A stretch of 64,000 nt of DNA from NCBI GenBank assembly GCA_037128175.1, contig JBAXWY010000003.1, forward strand, positions 64,001 through 128,000, read 5' to 3'. How positions within the stretch are numbered: the first letter of the stretch is position 1; each line of letters begins with the position of its first letter. This DNA is from Methanothrix sp. (GTDB taxonomy: Archaea; Halobacteriota; Methanosarcinia; Methanotrichales; Methanotrichaceae). Below the pieces are notes generated by a model. It did no database searches. It worked only from the letters and a program-made list of their open reading frames with translations, and was not told the origin of the DNA. Below, piece by piece: positions 29,720-40,480 of the stretch. Made by a program: the position numbers and the translations under genes.

Positions 29720-30172
29720 ATGGCATTTTCCGATGACGGACCGGCGATGAACAAGAATATTCTGGTCAAGACCATTCAGACCATGAACCAGCACCTGCCC
29801 AGTAAGCGAACCAATTTGGCCGAACTTTTGACCATGGAGAAGCCCGGCGTCAAGGGAAAGGATAATACTTTTTTCATCATGGACAAGGCCGAACTGAATC
29901 TGATCTCAGAGAGCCTGCCCAGATTTCTCTGGAGCCGACTGCGGCTACCCATGCTAATTGAGATGTCTCCCGATTTTGGCAATGGCGCTGCCCGGGTGCA
30001 GGGCGAGCCGGAGGTAGAGCTTGTAGCCAAGATCTTAGGCAAAGAAAGGCCGCAAGCCCAAACAAGGCAGATAATAATCTATCTTGCAGAGGTAAGGGAG
30101 CTACGAAGAAAGCTTCCCACCACCACCCAGTATGCTTTTGTAGCCAATCTCCGGGAGAGGATAGAGGACTGA
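29720..30172 (+). CDS. DUF61 (UPF0216) family protein
   Basis: MNQHLP, LRLPMLIE, LRRKLPTTTQY. Confidence 0.8.
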   Translation: MAFSDDGPAMNKNILVKTIQTMNQHLPSKRTNLAELLTMEKPGVKGKDNTFFIMDKAELNLISESLPRFLWSRLRLPMLIEMSPDFGNGAARVQGEPEVELVAKILGKERPQAQTRQIIIYLAEVRELRRKLPTTTQYAFVANLRERIED

Positions 30173-30246
30173 TAGGTTCTTATTCCAGGGACAATAATAT
30201 TGTATTGCATAAAAATTGGAGTTCCTAGCTGTATCGAGTGGGTAAT

Positions 30247-30388
30247 AGTATAATAGAGTCTCTGTGAGTTCTCCGTGTGCTCTCGGGTCTCTGTGGTTGA
30301 AACGTCGTTAGCCGCTGGTTATAACCAATGGCTACGAACCATTCACCACAGAGTTCACAGAGTACGCACAGAGAGACGAACTGACAAC
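30247..30388. repeat. Intergenic imperfect palindrome, CACAGAG family, copy 1
   Basis: CTCTGTG-type units, TCTCTGTGGT, core centred on TGGTTATAACCA, then ACCACAGAG and CACAGAG-type units. Confidence 0.85.
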
Positions 30389-30454
30389 TGAAAAAACATA
30401 GTAATTGGAAATAGCGAAGAGCTAAAATTGGTGATACCGTTATGGAGGATTTCT

Positions 30455-31006
30455 ATGGATGATAGTAATCTGGCCGAAGGTGCAAGACAGTTTACCATAA
30501 AGATGAACCTGGGTGCCTACCAGGAGGCGGCAAAGATTAAGTCCGACTTTGGTTTGCCGAGTGATATGCTAATCGAGGCTGTCCGCAAAGCCTACGATGT
30601 TAATATGAAGAAAGGCGACTACTCTTTGGCTGCCGATCTGGCCAAGAAGTACGACCTTCCCGCGAATCTTCGATTGGAAGCGGCAGAGCGGTCATTCAAC
30701 CGGAAAATCGACAGCGAGTTTTATCATGCGGCTGCCGATTATGCCAAGGAATATGGCCTTCCTCAGGATCTGGTCCGGCAGGCTGCGGTTCAGGCTTATA
30801 ATAAGAGCATGAGCTTTGGTCTGGTTAAGAACGCAGCCGAGATTGCCGAGGAGTTTGAGCTTCCTAATGAGATGCTGCTGCAAGCGGCCACTAAGTCCTA
30901 CGAGCTGCATATGCAAGCCGGCCTTTACCGCAAGGCTTTGAAGATCGCGCAAAAGTACAAGCTTCCGCCGGAAATGATTCAGGCGGCAGAGAAGAAGATC
31001 TCCTAA
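30455..31006 (+). CDS. Hypothetical alpha-solenoid protein with five 34-aa repeats
   Basis: Repeat Y..AA.IA..Y.LP..M...AA..AY; GGAGG before ATG 30455. Confidence 0.75.
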   Translation: MDDSNLAEGARQFTIKMNLGAYQEAAKIKSDFGLPSDMLIEAVRKAYDVNMKKGDYSLAADLAKKYDLPANLRLEAAERSFNRKIDSEFYHAAADYAKEYGLPQDLVRQAAVQAYNKSMSFGLVKNAAEIAEEFELPNEMLLQAATKSYELHMQAGLYRKALKIAQKYKLPPEMIQAAEKKIS

Positions 31007-31033
31007 ATTCGCCGGACAAAAAATGGGTGACAA

Positions 31034-31873
31034 ATGCCACAAGTCGTGCTTACCATCGGCGGCTCTGACTCGGGGGGCGGGGCCGGCATCCAGGCGGACC
31101 TTAAGACGTTCTGCGTCCTGGGACTGCATGGAACCTGCGCCGTCACCGCCATTACTGCCCAAAACACTCAGGGTGTGCAACGGGTCTATGGCCTGGAACT
31201 CGGCATAGTAGTAGAGCAGATGAGGTCGATCACTGATGATTTCTCCGTTGCTTTTGCTAAAACGGGCATGCTCCACTCCGCCGAGATTGTGACTGCGGTG
31301 GCCCATCACCTGCGGATGACAGATATCCCCTTCGTCTTAGATCCGGTGATTGAAGCGGAAGCGGGTGGCAGGCTGCTTCGACCTGAGGCGGTAGAGGCGC
31401 TAAAAGCAGACCTCATTCCACTGGCAACGGTAGTAACTCCCAATATCTTCGAGGCCCAGGCTCTGACGGGAATAGTGGTTCGCGACAGAGACAGTGCAAA
31501 ACTCGCCGCACATGAGATCTTAGAGCTTGGGCCAAAAGCGGTAATCGTTAAGGGCGGCCATCTGGACTGCACCGATCTCCTGGCGAATGATGTTGAGGTC
31601 ATCCTTTTGCCGGGGAGAAGGGTGGCGGGGGGCAACCACGGCGTAGGATGCACCTACTCTGCCGCATTAACATCATTTCTGGCCCAGGGCTGCTCCCTTA
31701 AAGATGCGGCCTGCCAGGCCAAGAGGTTCGCAGAAAGGGCGCTTCTCGGCAGCATGCGAGTGGGAAAGGGCGTGGGGCCGGTCAACCAGGCAGCGGCATG
31801 CGGCGAATCGCTATTGTCCATGAACTTCGCTAGACAAGCGGTAGGGACAACCCCCGGGGACGGGAAGATATAA
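31034..31873 (+). CDS. thiD: Hydroxymethylpyrimidine/phosphomethylpyrimidine kinase
   Basis: [43 protein letters not shown]. Confidence 0.95.
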   Translation: MPQVVLTIGGSDSGGGAGIQADLKTFCVLGLHGTCAVTAITAQNTQGVQRVYGLELGIVVEQMRSITDDFSVAFAKTGMLHSAEIVTAVAHHLRMTDIPFVLDPVIEAEAGGRLLRPEAVEALKADLIPLATVVTPNIFEAQALTGIVVRDRDSAKLAAHEILELGPKAVIVKGGHLDCTDLLANDVEVILLPGRRVAGGNHGVGCTYSAALTSFLAQGCSLKDAACQAKRFAERALLGSMRVGKGVGPVNQAAACGESLLSMNFARQAVGTTPGDGKI

Positions 31874-31923
31874 ATTGGTGAGGCAAGGATGCACAACGAA
31901 TTGCTCTAGCTGGAGTGTTGATT

Positions 31924-32145
31924 ATGGGAAGTGTAAAACCTAGTTATATCAAGAATTTCGCGATGGATCTGTTGAGAACCTACGAAAGCTCATTTAGCCC
32001 TGACTTTGAACAAAATAAACTGGTAGTATCAGAGTACACCGACATCAAAAATAAGACCATACGAAATCGTGTTGCAGGATATATTTCCAATGTGATGCGG
32101 CAGAGACGAACTCGCCGAGGCGAGGTCGAGATCGATGCTGCTTAA
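31924..32145 (+). CDS. rps17e: 30S ribosomal protein S17e
   Basis: MGSVKPSYIK, DFEQNK, IRNRVAGYI. Confidence 0.95.
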   Translation: MGSVKPSYIKNFAMDLLRTYESSFSPDFEQNKLVVSEYTDIKNKTIRNRVAGYISNVMRQRRTRRGEVEIDAA

Positions 32146-33013
32146 AGGCGTGTTTCCCGCATTAATTACGCCGTTTTTGGAAGATGAGAGCTTGGATGAG
32201 GAGGGACTGAGGAAGAACATTGATTACCTGAATAAAACCGGCATAGCAGGCATTGTTCCCTGCGGCACAACTGGTGAGTCGGCCACATTAACCTTTGAGG
32301 AGCATAAAAGGGTAGTGGAGATTGCCGTGGAATCTTCCAAGGTACCAGTAATTGCAGGCACGGGCTCAAACAATACCCGTGAGGCTTTGGAGCTGACGCG
32401 CCATGCGGCCAAAGCCGGTGCATCTGCTGCTTTATTGATCACGCCTTACTACAACAAGCCCAATGATCGGGGTATGTTCGAGCATTTCAAGACTATCGCC
32501 GAAAAGTGCGACATCCCAATTGTGCTCTATAATGTTCCCAAGAGAACCGGAATAGATCTCAAGCCGGAATTGGTCGCGAAATTGTCCAAGGTAAAGAACA
32601 TCGTGGCCATAAAGGAAGCCAGTGGAAGCCTCTCTCAGCAATCTCAGATCATCGAGCTAACTCGCGACAGCGATTTTGTCGTTCTCTCGGGAGATGATGA
32701 TCTGACCCTGCCCACCATGTCTCTGGGCGCCAAAGGTGTAGTTTCCGTGGTGGCCAATGTGGCTCCTAGAAAGACTGTGGCCATGGTGGACGCTATTTTG
32801 AAGGGCGACTTCGAGAAAGCGAGAGCGCTGCACTATGAGCTTGCCCCCCTGGTGCGAGCCATGTTCCTGGAGACTAATCCTATTCCGGTGAAGACGGCTC
32901 AAAAATATCTGGGGCGGGCCGGCGGACCAATGCGTCTTCCTCTGGGGCAAATGGCTCCTGAGAAAGAGCTCTTCTTAAAAGAGATACTGGAAAGGCTAGG
33001 CGAGAGAGCATGA
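32135..33013 (+). CDS. dapA: 4-hydroxy-tetrahydrodipicolinate synthase
   Basis: GTTGES, PYYNKP, LYNVPKRT, IKEAS, ETNPIPVK. Confidence 0.97.
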   Translation: MLLKGVFPALITPFLEDESLDEEGLRKNIDYLNKTGIAGIVPCGTTGESATLTFEEHKRVVEIAVESSKVPVIAGTGSNNTREALELTRHAAKAGASAALLITPYYNKPNDRGMFEHFKTIAEKCDIPIVLYNVPKRTGIDLKPELVAKLSKVKNIVAIKEASGSLSQQSQIIELTRDSDFVVLSGDDDLTLPTMSLGAKGVVSVVANVAPRKTVAMVDAILKGDFEKARALHYELAPLVRAMFLETNPIPVKTAQKYLGRAGGPMRLPLGQMAPEKELFLKEILERLGERA

Positions 33014-33780
33014 CGCGCATAGCCATAGCCGGTGCCCTGGGACGCATGGGCACTTTGATCATCCAGGAGGCGGCCAAGGTAAAAGACATGCAACTCGTGG
33101 CCGGATTGGATGCTGTTGGGGCAGGAGCGGTTCTCCCTGGCGGCATCATCGTCAAAGACGCGGCGACGCTGGAGTTTGTCTTAAGGGAGAGCAAACCGGA
33201 TGTGCTCATCGACTTTACCATTGCCAAAGCGGCGGTAAATAACGTATGCACGGCGGCAAGTCTTGGAATTGATCTTGTGGTGGGAACTACGGGCTTTTCA
33301 ACAGAGCAGCATTCTTTGATGAAAAAAGCCATCGAAGGCCGTGTGGCTGCAGTCATAACGCCCAACTTCTCCTTAGGCGTAAATGTATTCTGGAAGCTGG
33401 TAGCCGATGCGGCGGCGGCCCTCAAGGACTACGACATCGAGATCATTGAAGCCCATCATAATCAGAAGAAAGATGCCCCCAGCGGCACGGCTCTGGCCAC
33501 AGTGCAGGCGATAAAGATGGCTCTGGGCGAAAAGGAGATCGTGTATGGCCGGGAAGGCATCATGCCGCGAGGAAAAGAGATTGGTGTGCACGCCGTGCGC
33601 GGCGGAGATATTGTAGGTGATCACACTGTGCTCCTGGCAGGAACAGGTGAACGCCTCGAGATTAAGCACCAGGCCCACAGCAGAACTGCATTTGCCAGCG
33701 GCGCCGTGCGGGCGGCAGAATGGGTAGTCGGTAAAGAGCCCGGAATTTATAGCATGGCGGACGTCTTAAAGTCAAGATGA
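33010..33780 (+). CDS. dapB: 4-hydroxy-tetrahydrodipicolinate reductase
   Basis: GALGRMG, GTTGF, EAHHNQKKDAPSGTA. Confidence 0.97.
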   Translation: MTRIAIAGALGRMGTLIIQEAAKVKDMQLVAGLDAVGAGAVLPGGIIVKDAATLEFVLRESKPDVLIDFTIAKAAVNNVCTAASLGIDLVVGTTGFSTEQHSLMKKAIEGRVAAVITPNFSLGVNVFWKLVADAAAALKDYDIEIIEAHHNQKKDAPSGTALATVQAIKMALGEKEIVYGREGIMPRGKEIGVHAVRGGDIVGDHTVLLAGTGERLEIKHQAHSRTAFASGAVRAAEWVVGKEPGIYSMADVLKSR

Positions 33781-34202
33781 ACCAACTTGATGAGAAGAGT
33801 CATAATCTCATTTTTGAAGGAAGACGGCTGGAACCGGTCTCATTAGAGTGTAATATGGTGGGATTTTGCAGCAAGTGTGACCTGGACCTGGAGAGCCTGG
33901 CATATCACTCTACAGAATCGAACTGGCTGGTCTGTGCGCATTGCAAGAATGAGCACCTTATTCTGATGCGCTATGATAGGCAGTGGAACTGGCAGGGGGA
34001 CAGTAGTCTGGAGATATGCACGGAAAAAGTGAGTGTGTCCTCAATTGCCAAAGAGAAGCTAGAAACGGTCTTCACCCAGGCCGAGATCAGAGACATGCTG
34101 GCCTATGAGCAGAGAGCGCCCTATACCCGGCAAAACATCTATCGGGCCCGGGCCAAGTATGAGAAATTCGAGAAGCTCTTCGGCATAAAGATTGATGTTT
34201 AG
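33777..34202 (+). CDS. Hypothetical protein with zinc ribbon
   Basis: CSKC and CAHC pairs; 4-bp overlap with dapB. Confidence 0.7.
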   Translation: MNQLDEKSHNLIFEGRRLEPVSLECNMVGFCSKCDLDLESLAYHSTESNWLVCAHCKNEHLILMRYDRQWNWQGDSSLEICTEKVSVSSIAKEKLETVFTQAEIRDMLAYEQRAPYTRQNIYRARAKYEKFEKLFGIKIDV

Positions 34203-34205
34203 CAA

Positions 34206-34358
34206 TTGTTAGTTAGTCGCTCTGTGCGTCCTTCTGTGAACTGCGGTGTCTCTGTGGTGAAAACGTCGTTAGCCACTGGTTATAACCAATGGTTTACGGA
34301 CTACCACCACAGAGACCCGAGAGCGCACGGAGGACTCACAGAGGACTCGATTATTCTA
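34206..34358. repeat. Intergenic imperfect palindrome, CACAGAG family, copy 2
   Basis: Same core AACGTCGTTAGCC.CTGGTTATAACCAATGG as copy 1; arms are the reverse complements of the copy 1 arms. Confidence 0.85.
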
Positions 34359-34371
34359 CTACACAAGAACC

Positions 34372-35226
34372 TTATGCATTCTTATGGCTTTCCACCAAAG
34401 CCTTGGTGGTAACAAAGCTGGCGCCTTTGCTTGATGCATATTCTACGAACTTCTTGTAGGCATCCAGGTATTCATCTGATCCGGAGACCGTATTGGTGAA
34501 GACCACGACCATTGGTTCACCCTTGCCGGCTGACTCATCGAATTTGCCGGCAAGTTGGTCATACCACTGCGTACCGTTCAAGCCGGCCGCTTTTGCCGCT
34601 CCGTCATGCATGCGAAGTGCATGCCCCTCGCTCAAAGGAACCACATAAAAGGCAGATCCGTCCATGAGATAAGGCACAATCTTGCCCTGGCTTTCCGGCA
34701 ATCCCATTTCATCTACCAGGTACAATATCGCCAGATCATCCAGGATCTTGTATTGGCTCTGGTTAAAGGAATCGGGCACGGGCAGGTAGCCGGCCACCTT
34801 GAGCTGCTCTACTCCGCAGATATAATCATCCTCAACGTATCTCTTGGTCTTACGAAGCCTCGCATCCTGATCTTCGAAGGAGACCAATTCATCGCTCCCG
34901 TTCATACCTCCCATCATCAGTTCATGATTCTTTTTGGAGCCGAGCATAGTGACATAGAGAGGATATATACTATTGGCGATATCTCCTGTGACGGATACCG
35001 AAACTGCGAGTCCTTTGGAGTCCGCCTCATTGAGCAGATTTGTGGTGGAGTTCATCTCTAAGTCCTCTTTTTCCGCCAGACTCTTTCCCTCTGCCAGTGG
35101 AGACTGTTCCATTTTAATGATCAGATTCAAAACGCCGGTTCCATTCTGTGCAGACGCACCTGCAAAAATAAGCTGTGCCATTAATATAGCCAGTCCTGCA
35201 TAAATCAGCATTCTCTTCAGATACAT
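34372..35226 (-). CDS. Secreted polysaccharide-deacetylase-like protein, probably catalytically degenerate
   Basis: Signal peptide (MYLKRMLIYAGLAIL...ASA); HELMMGG where HEIxxHG is expected; C-terminal GASFVT. Confidence 0.5.
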   Translation of the reverse strand: MYLKRMLIYAGLAILMAQLIFAGASAQNGTGVLNLIIKMEQSPLAEGKSLAEKEDLEMNSTTNLLNEADSKGLAVSVSVTGDIANSIYPLYVTMLGSKKNHELMMGGMNGSDELVSFEDQDARLRKTKRYVEDDYICGVEQLKVAGYLPVPDSFNQSQYKILDDLAILYLVDEMGLPESQGKIVPYLMDGSAFYVVPLSEGHALRMHDGAAKAAGLNGTQWYDQLAGKFDESAGKGEPMVVVFTNTVSGSDEYLDAYKKFVEYASSKGASFVTTKALVESHKNA

Positions 35227-35813
35227 TTTCCTTTCACCTCTATGGTTTATTTTTATCATATTATGCATTCAATTGCGAATTACTGCAAATCTTCTAAATT
35301 ATTTGTGCTTCTATTGCTAATAATACTTGTGGTTGTCTAAAATTTAGACCGTCGCGCATAAAATTTAAGGAAAAATTAATATCCTTATGATATCATGATT
35401 TTCTGAATCTGTATAAAATAAATATAAAACATTTGTTTTGCGAATTGCATACTGGATACAAATACAAATAGAAATTTGGAAATCTGAATGTTAAATTATA
35501 TAATATTGTATATAAGATGAAATAGCAATATTTTAAGCCATTAATTCCCGAAACATGGTGAAAGAGTTAAAATAGATAAGCCTACAACCAATTATATGGT
35601 TATCTGAATTTGGTCTCTGAAAGGATGTATCTAATGCTATTCCAGGTATGAATAAACGCAAAAAGAATTGCCCATATAACTTTCAATAACTCTGAATAGT
35701 TATTACAATTTGGAGTCTGTTTGAAAAAAATATACCTGATGGCAATAGGAGAGATGCCTCTGATTAAGATAACCGGATGCTGACCGAATAGTTGGGATAT
35801 AGGAGGAAAAATC

Positions 35814-38800
35814 ATGTCATATCATAGCAAAGCGATAACTCTAGTAATGCTTTTATCGCTGGTTTACCTGCTGACCGGATCGTCGCTGGGCGCAGCTGTG
35901 CCCAGCCTCGCCGTAACTCAGCTCGTAACCTCTGGACAGACTGTGACCCTGCAAGCACCTTCTGGAGATTACCTCTATCAATGGACCGCTGTAACTGGCG
36001 GTGCTACCATTGGCCAGGGGGCGGCGCGAAGTTTTTCATTTAAGGCCCCCCTGGTATCTCAGGTTGAGAACTCGAAGGCGGTCACAATCTCGCTATACAT
36101 AAGAACCAAAGAAGGAGGTTGTGTCAACCAAACGAGTACTGATATTAAAGTCTACTCTCTGCCGGTTTGCGGCATAGGCGGACCCGCACAAGTCGGCCCC
36201 TATGAAACAGGTGCGTACAGCTATACAGGCGGTACAGGCGGCAGAACGACATTTGTGTGGAATGTGGACGGCAAAAATATCGCAGGAGCCACCGGACCAA
36301 ATGTCAACATAGATTGGACCCAGTACAGCCCCGTCAATCACACCATCGGCATGACCTTAACCAAGGATTATTCTGATGTGGCACCCGGTTCAACCAACCC
36401 GTTCCGCAGCATAAGCTGCACCTATCGGACAAACGTGACCTACACCACGGGGATGCAGGTAACTAAGACCGCCTCGGCAGCTTCTGCAGCAGTAGGCCAG
36501 GCCGTAACTTATACCTATACCGTCCAAAATACTGGAACCATAGGCATAAACTCTCTGGCACTTGTGGATGATAAGCTCGGCACGCTTGTCCCCGCCACCA
36601 GGACGATTATGCCTGGAGCAACAACGACTGCAACCAGTACTTATACCATAAAAGAGAGCGACCTGCCCGGGCCCCTGAACAATACAGTAACTGTATCAGG
36701 CGTTGAGGACAGGACCAACAAGCCGGTTAGAGCTACAGCCAGTGCCACCGTGACTCTGACCTATAACGCAGCCTTAAGTCTGACTAAAGTGCCCTCCTCT
36801 ACCACTGCCAAGGTGGGAGATACGGTAACCTACAGGTTCACTGTGACAAACACCGGAAACGTCACAATAAAGGGCTTGAACCTGACAGATGACAAGCTCG
36901 GAACCATAAAAACCGACAAGACAGAACTGGCCCCGAAAGCTGTTGCAACAGCGTCGGCAACCCATGTCATATTGGAGAGCGATCTGCCCGGACCTCTAAC
37001 CAACCTGGCCACCATCCAGGGCACGGATAGCCAGAACAAGCCGGTTACGGCGACAGCTACAGCAACTATTACTCTGACCTATACCGCTGGCCTCGCCGTA
37101 ACTAAGACACCGTCTTCTAATACTGCCAAAGTAGGAGATACGGTAACTTACCAGTTCAGCGTGAAGAACAACGGTTCTGTCACAATAAACGGACTGGCTC
37201 TTAACGATGACAAGCTCGGTTTAATTACCCTGGACAAGATTTCTCTGGCACCAGGCGAGACGGCCACGGGGTCAGCCACGCACCTGGTCGTTGAGACGGA
37301 TCTGCCCGGACCTTTGACCAATGTGGCCACAGCAACAGGCACAGACAGCCAGAACGTTCCGGTTACTGGCCGGGCTACCGCATCTGTCGCGCTTACCTAC
37401 ACTGCCACTCTGCAAGTAACCAAGACTCCTTCCGCCCAAACGGCCAACGTGGGCGAAACCGTCACCTATCAATTCTTGGTGAGGAACACGGGATCGGTTA
37501 CCATCAATGCGCTCTCTCTCGCAGACGATAAGCTCGGCACCGTCGCCCTGGACACCAACACACTGGCCCCAGGTGCAAGTGCTAATGGTTCTGCGACTCA
37601 CCTCGTCGTCGAGGCCGATCTGCCCGGACCGCTCACCAATATCGTGACGGTGTCAGGCACAGACAGCCAGAACAAAGCGGTCAGCTCCACAGCTACGGCC
37701 ACGGTCCAGCTTACCTACGCCGCCGCTTTGCAGGTGACCAAGACGCCATCAGCGAGCACGGCTGCCATGGGTGAGACTGTTACCTACCAGTTCTCCGTTA
37801 CTAACACTGGAAACGTAACCGTAAACGCTCTGACTCTGACGGATGACAAGCTGGGCGCCATCACATTGAATACCGCCCTGCTGGCTCCCGGCGCGACTGC
37901 TACGGGATCAGCGACGCATACCATCGTCGAGACGGACCTGCCCGGACCCCTGACCAACATTGCCACGGCCAGAGCCACGGACAGCCAGAATAAGCCGGTT
38001 ACAGCAACGGCAACGGCAACCGTCACCCTGACCTACAGGTCCAGCATGAGCGTGGCCAAGGTAGCTTCGAGTACAACGGCCAGGGTAGGAGACAGCATAA
38101 CCTACACCTACACTGTGAATAACACGGGTAGCATAACCATCAACAAATTGTCTCTGAGCGACGACAAACTTGGTGCCGTAGCTACAGACAAGACTACACT
38201 GGCTCCCGGTGAGAACACTATCGGCACCATTACTTACACCGTGCTCGAAGGCGATCTGCCCGGACCGCTCACCAACATCGTAACCGTCACGGCTACGAAT
38301 AGCCTGAACCAGCCGCTTACAGCAACGGCAACGGCAACTGTCGCCCTGACCTACACAGCCAGCCTGAACGTGGCCAAGGTGCCTTCCAGCACAACGGCCG
38401 CCGTAGGAAGCCAGGTAACCTACACCTACACAGTTAGGAACACGGGTAACGTGACCCTCACTGGTCTGACTCTGAGCGATGACAAGATAGGCGCAATAAC
38501 ACCCGCCAAGACATCTCTAGCTTCGGGAGAGACCACAACAGGAACCGCTACTTACACCGTGCTCGAAGGCGATCTGCCCGGACCGCTCACCAACATCGTC
38601 ACTGTTGCGGCCACGGACAGCCAGAACCAGCCGGTCACAACTACGGCAACAGCTACAGTCACCCTGACCTATACGGCCAGCATGAGCGTGGCCAAGGTGC
38701 CTTCCAGCACAACGGCCGCCGTAGGAAGCCAGGTAACCTACACCTACACAGTTAGGAACACGGGTAACGTGACCCTCACTGGTCTGACTCTGAGCGACGA

Positions 38801-40250
38801 CAAGGTCGGCACGATAACACCAGGCCAGACCACCCTCGCTTCGGGAGAGACCACAACGGGAACCGGTATTTACACCGTGCTCGAAAGGGATCTGCCCGGA
38901 CCGCTCACCAACATCGTAACAGTTGCGGCCACGGACAGCCAGAACCAGCCGGTCACAACTACGGCAACGGCAACAGTCGCTCTGACTTACACCACCAAAC
39001 TGGAAGTTGCCAAGGTGTCGTCGACGGGAACCGCAGCCGTGGGATCTACCATAACCTACAGCTACACGGTTAAGAACTCGGGAACCGTCACCATCAATGG
39101 ATTAACCGCGAATGATGACAAGCTAGGCACCATCGCCTTGGGCACTAATACACTGGCTCCGGGTGCAAGTGCTAATGGTTCTGCGACTCACCTCGTCGTC
39201 GAGGCCGATCTGCCCGGACCGCTCACCAATATCGTGACGGTGTCAGGCACAGACAGCCAGAACAATGCTGCCAGCGCCACCGCAACGGCAACGGTCGCCC
39301 TGACCTACACATCCTCTATCAGCCTGGCCAAAACAGCGACTTCAACATCACCGCTTTGGATAGCCGGTAGTGGTGCAAAGCTTGGCGATGATATCGTCTA
39401 TACCTATGTGGTTTCCAACACGGGTACTACCACCGTTAGCGGAATCCTTGTCGTAGATGACAAGCTGGGCCAAGTCACGCTGGACCGGAATACCCTGCCT
39501 GCAGGAGAGAAAGCTACCGGCAGCCTGACCCATAAAGTAGTCCAGGGTGACATGGGCGAGGAACTTAAATCGACCATCGTAAATACGGCTACGTCTACTG
39601 GAACCTCCATAGGCAAGCCGATAACGTCAAACGTGGCAACTGTTACGGCCGGCGTTTACAGAGATGCAATTAAACCAACCATGGACTGCGTGTCTGTCAA
39701 TAAAGACGGCACTTTCAACGCCTTCTTCGGCTACAGCAACACCAACGGCGTGGCCGTCAGCCTATCCCTCGGCAAGAATAACCAGTTCACGCCACTCCCT
39801 GACAGCCAGGGACAACCCACCACCTTTGAACCGGGAACCCAGACCTCCGTCTTTGCCGTCGTATCCAAAGGCGATTCATTAGTCTGGCATCTGGACGGCA
39901 GTACAGCAGAAGCCAACAAGAACTCCCCTGGATGCTCCCAGGCGGTTTGCGCATTGGACGGGCCTTCCGCTCTGTGCAAGAATAAGGAGGAGACCTACAG
40001 CTACACGGGTAAAGAGGACACCAAGTTCAAGAATAGCTATGACTGGTCCATGGATGAGAAATCCCTGGGATCAGGCAAGAGCATTACCCTCTCCGGAAGC
40101 AAATTCGAGTTGGGTGAACACAAACTAAAGGTGAAGGTAAACAGAAATTACATAGAAAAGGCCTGGTCCAGCCAAGAATGCAGCATGGCTGTAAAGGTCA
40201 TACCAGAGCCGTCGGCGGACATATCCATGGCGGAGGAGGGCGGGGATTAA
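35814..40250 (+). CDS. Large secreted surface protein with ten ~106-aa Ig-like (DUF11/DUF7507-type) repeats
   Basis: Signal peptide; repeat VTK...VG..VTY...V.NTG...DDKLG...LAPG...DLPGPLTN with a 318-bp period; Thr-rich. Confidence 0.88.
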   Translation: MSYHSKAITLVMLLSLVYLLTGSSLGAAVPSLAVTQLVTSGQTVTLQAPSGDYLYQWTAVTGGATIGQGAARSFSFKAPLVSQVENSKAVTISLYIRTKEGGCVNQTSTDIKVYSLPVCGIGGPAQVGPYETGAYSYTGGTGGRTTFVWNVDGKNIAGATGPNVNIDWTQYSPVNHTIGMTLTKDYSDVAPGSTNPFRSISCTYRTNVTYTTGMQVTKTASAASAAVGQAVTYTYTVQNTGTIGINSLALVDDKLGTLVPATRTIMPGATTTATSTYTIKESDLPGPLNNTVTVSGVEDRTNKPVRATASATVTLTYNAALSLTKVPSSTTAKVGDTVTYRFTVTNTGNVTIKGLNLTDDKLGTIKTDKTELAPKAVATASATHVILESDLPGPLTNLATIQGTDSQNKPVTATATATITLTYTAGLAVTKTPSSNTAKVGDTVTYQFSVKNNGSVTINGLALNDDKLGLITLDKISLAPGETATGSATHLVVETDLPGPLTNVATATGTDSQNVPVTGRATASVALTYTATLQVTKTPSAQTANVGETVTYQFLVRNTGSVTINALSLADDKLGTVALDTNTLAPGASANGSATHLVVEADLPGPLTNIVTVSGTDSQNKAVSSTATATVQLTYAAALQVTKTPSASTAAMGETVTYQFSVTNTGNVTVNALTLTDDKLGAITLNTALLAPGATATGSATHTIVETDLPGPLTNIATARATDSQNKPVTATATATVTLTYRSSMSVAKVASSTTARVGDSITYTYTVNNTGSITINKLSLSDDKLGAVATDKTTLAPGENTIGTITYTVLEGDLPGPLTNIVTVTATNSLNQPLTATATATVALTYTASLNVAKVPSSTTAAVGSQVTYTYTVRNTGNVTLTGLTLSDDKIGAITPAKTSLASGETTTGTATYTVLEGDLPGPLTNIVTVAATDSQNQPVTTTATATVTLTYTASMSVAKVPSSTTAAVGSQVTYTYTVRNTGNVTLTGLTLSDDKVGTITPGQTTLASGETTTGTGIYTVLERDLPGPLTNIVTVAATDSQNQPVTTTATATVALTYTTKLEVAKVSSTGTAAVGSTITYSYTVKNSGTVTINGLTANDDKLGTIALGTNTLAPGASANGSATHLVVEADLPGPLTNIVTVSGTDSQNNAASATATATVALTYTSSISLAKTATSTSPLWIAGSGAKLGDDIVYTYVVSNTGTTTVSGILVVDDKLGQVTLDRNTLPAGEKATGSLTHKVVQGDMGEELKSTIVNTATSTGTSIGKPITSNVATVTAGVYRDAIKPTMDCVSVNKDGTFNAFFGYSNTNGVAVSLSLGKNNQFTPLPDSQGQPTTFEPGTQTSVFAVVSKGDSLVWHLDGSTAEANKNSPGCSQAVCALDGPSALCKNKEETYSYTGKEDTKFKNSYDWSMDEKSLGSGKSITLSGSKFELGEHKLKVKVNRNYIEKAWSSQECSMAVKVIPEPSADISMAEEGGD

Positions 40251-40480
40251 AGAAGAGTTGATTGACCTATTTAGCACCTGAGCCACTCCGGCCCAGGTGC
40301 AAAATTTTATTATTAATATAAATATTTTATAATATTTAATCAATATAGTTTATTTAGTTTTAATTAATCTATATTAAAAATAAAAACCTATCCAGGTTGG
40401 GCCACATAGAACTATATACGAATGTATGCAAATACTAAGAATAAAAAGGAGTATTAAATCATCATCTATATGGGTGAATT

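Noticed and set aside
31034-31873. thiD as a truncated thiDN fusion
   Set aside because: The kinase domain is complete and no ThiN remnant is visible before rps17e; stand-alone ThiD is common
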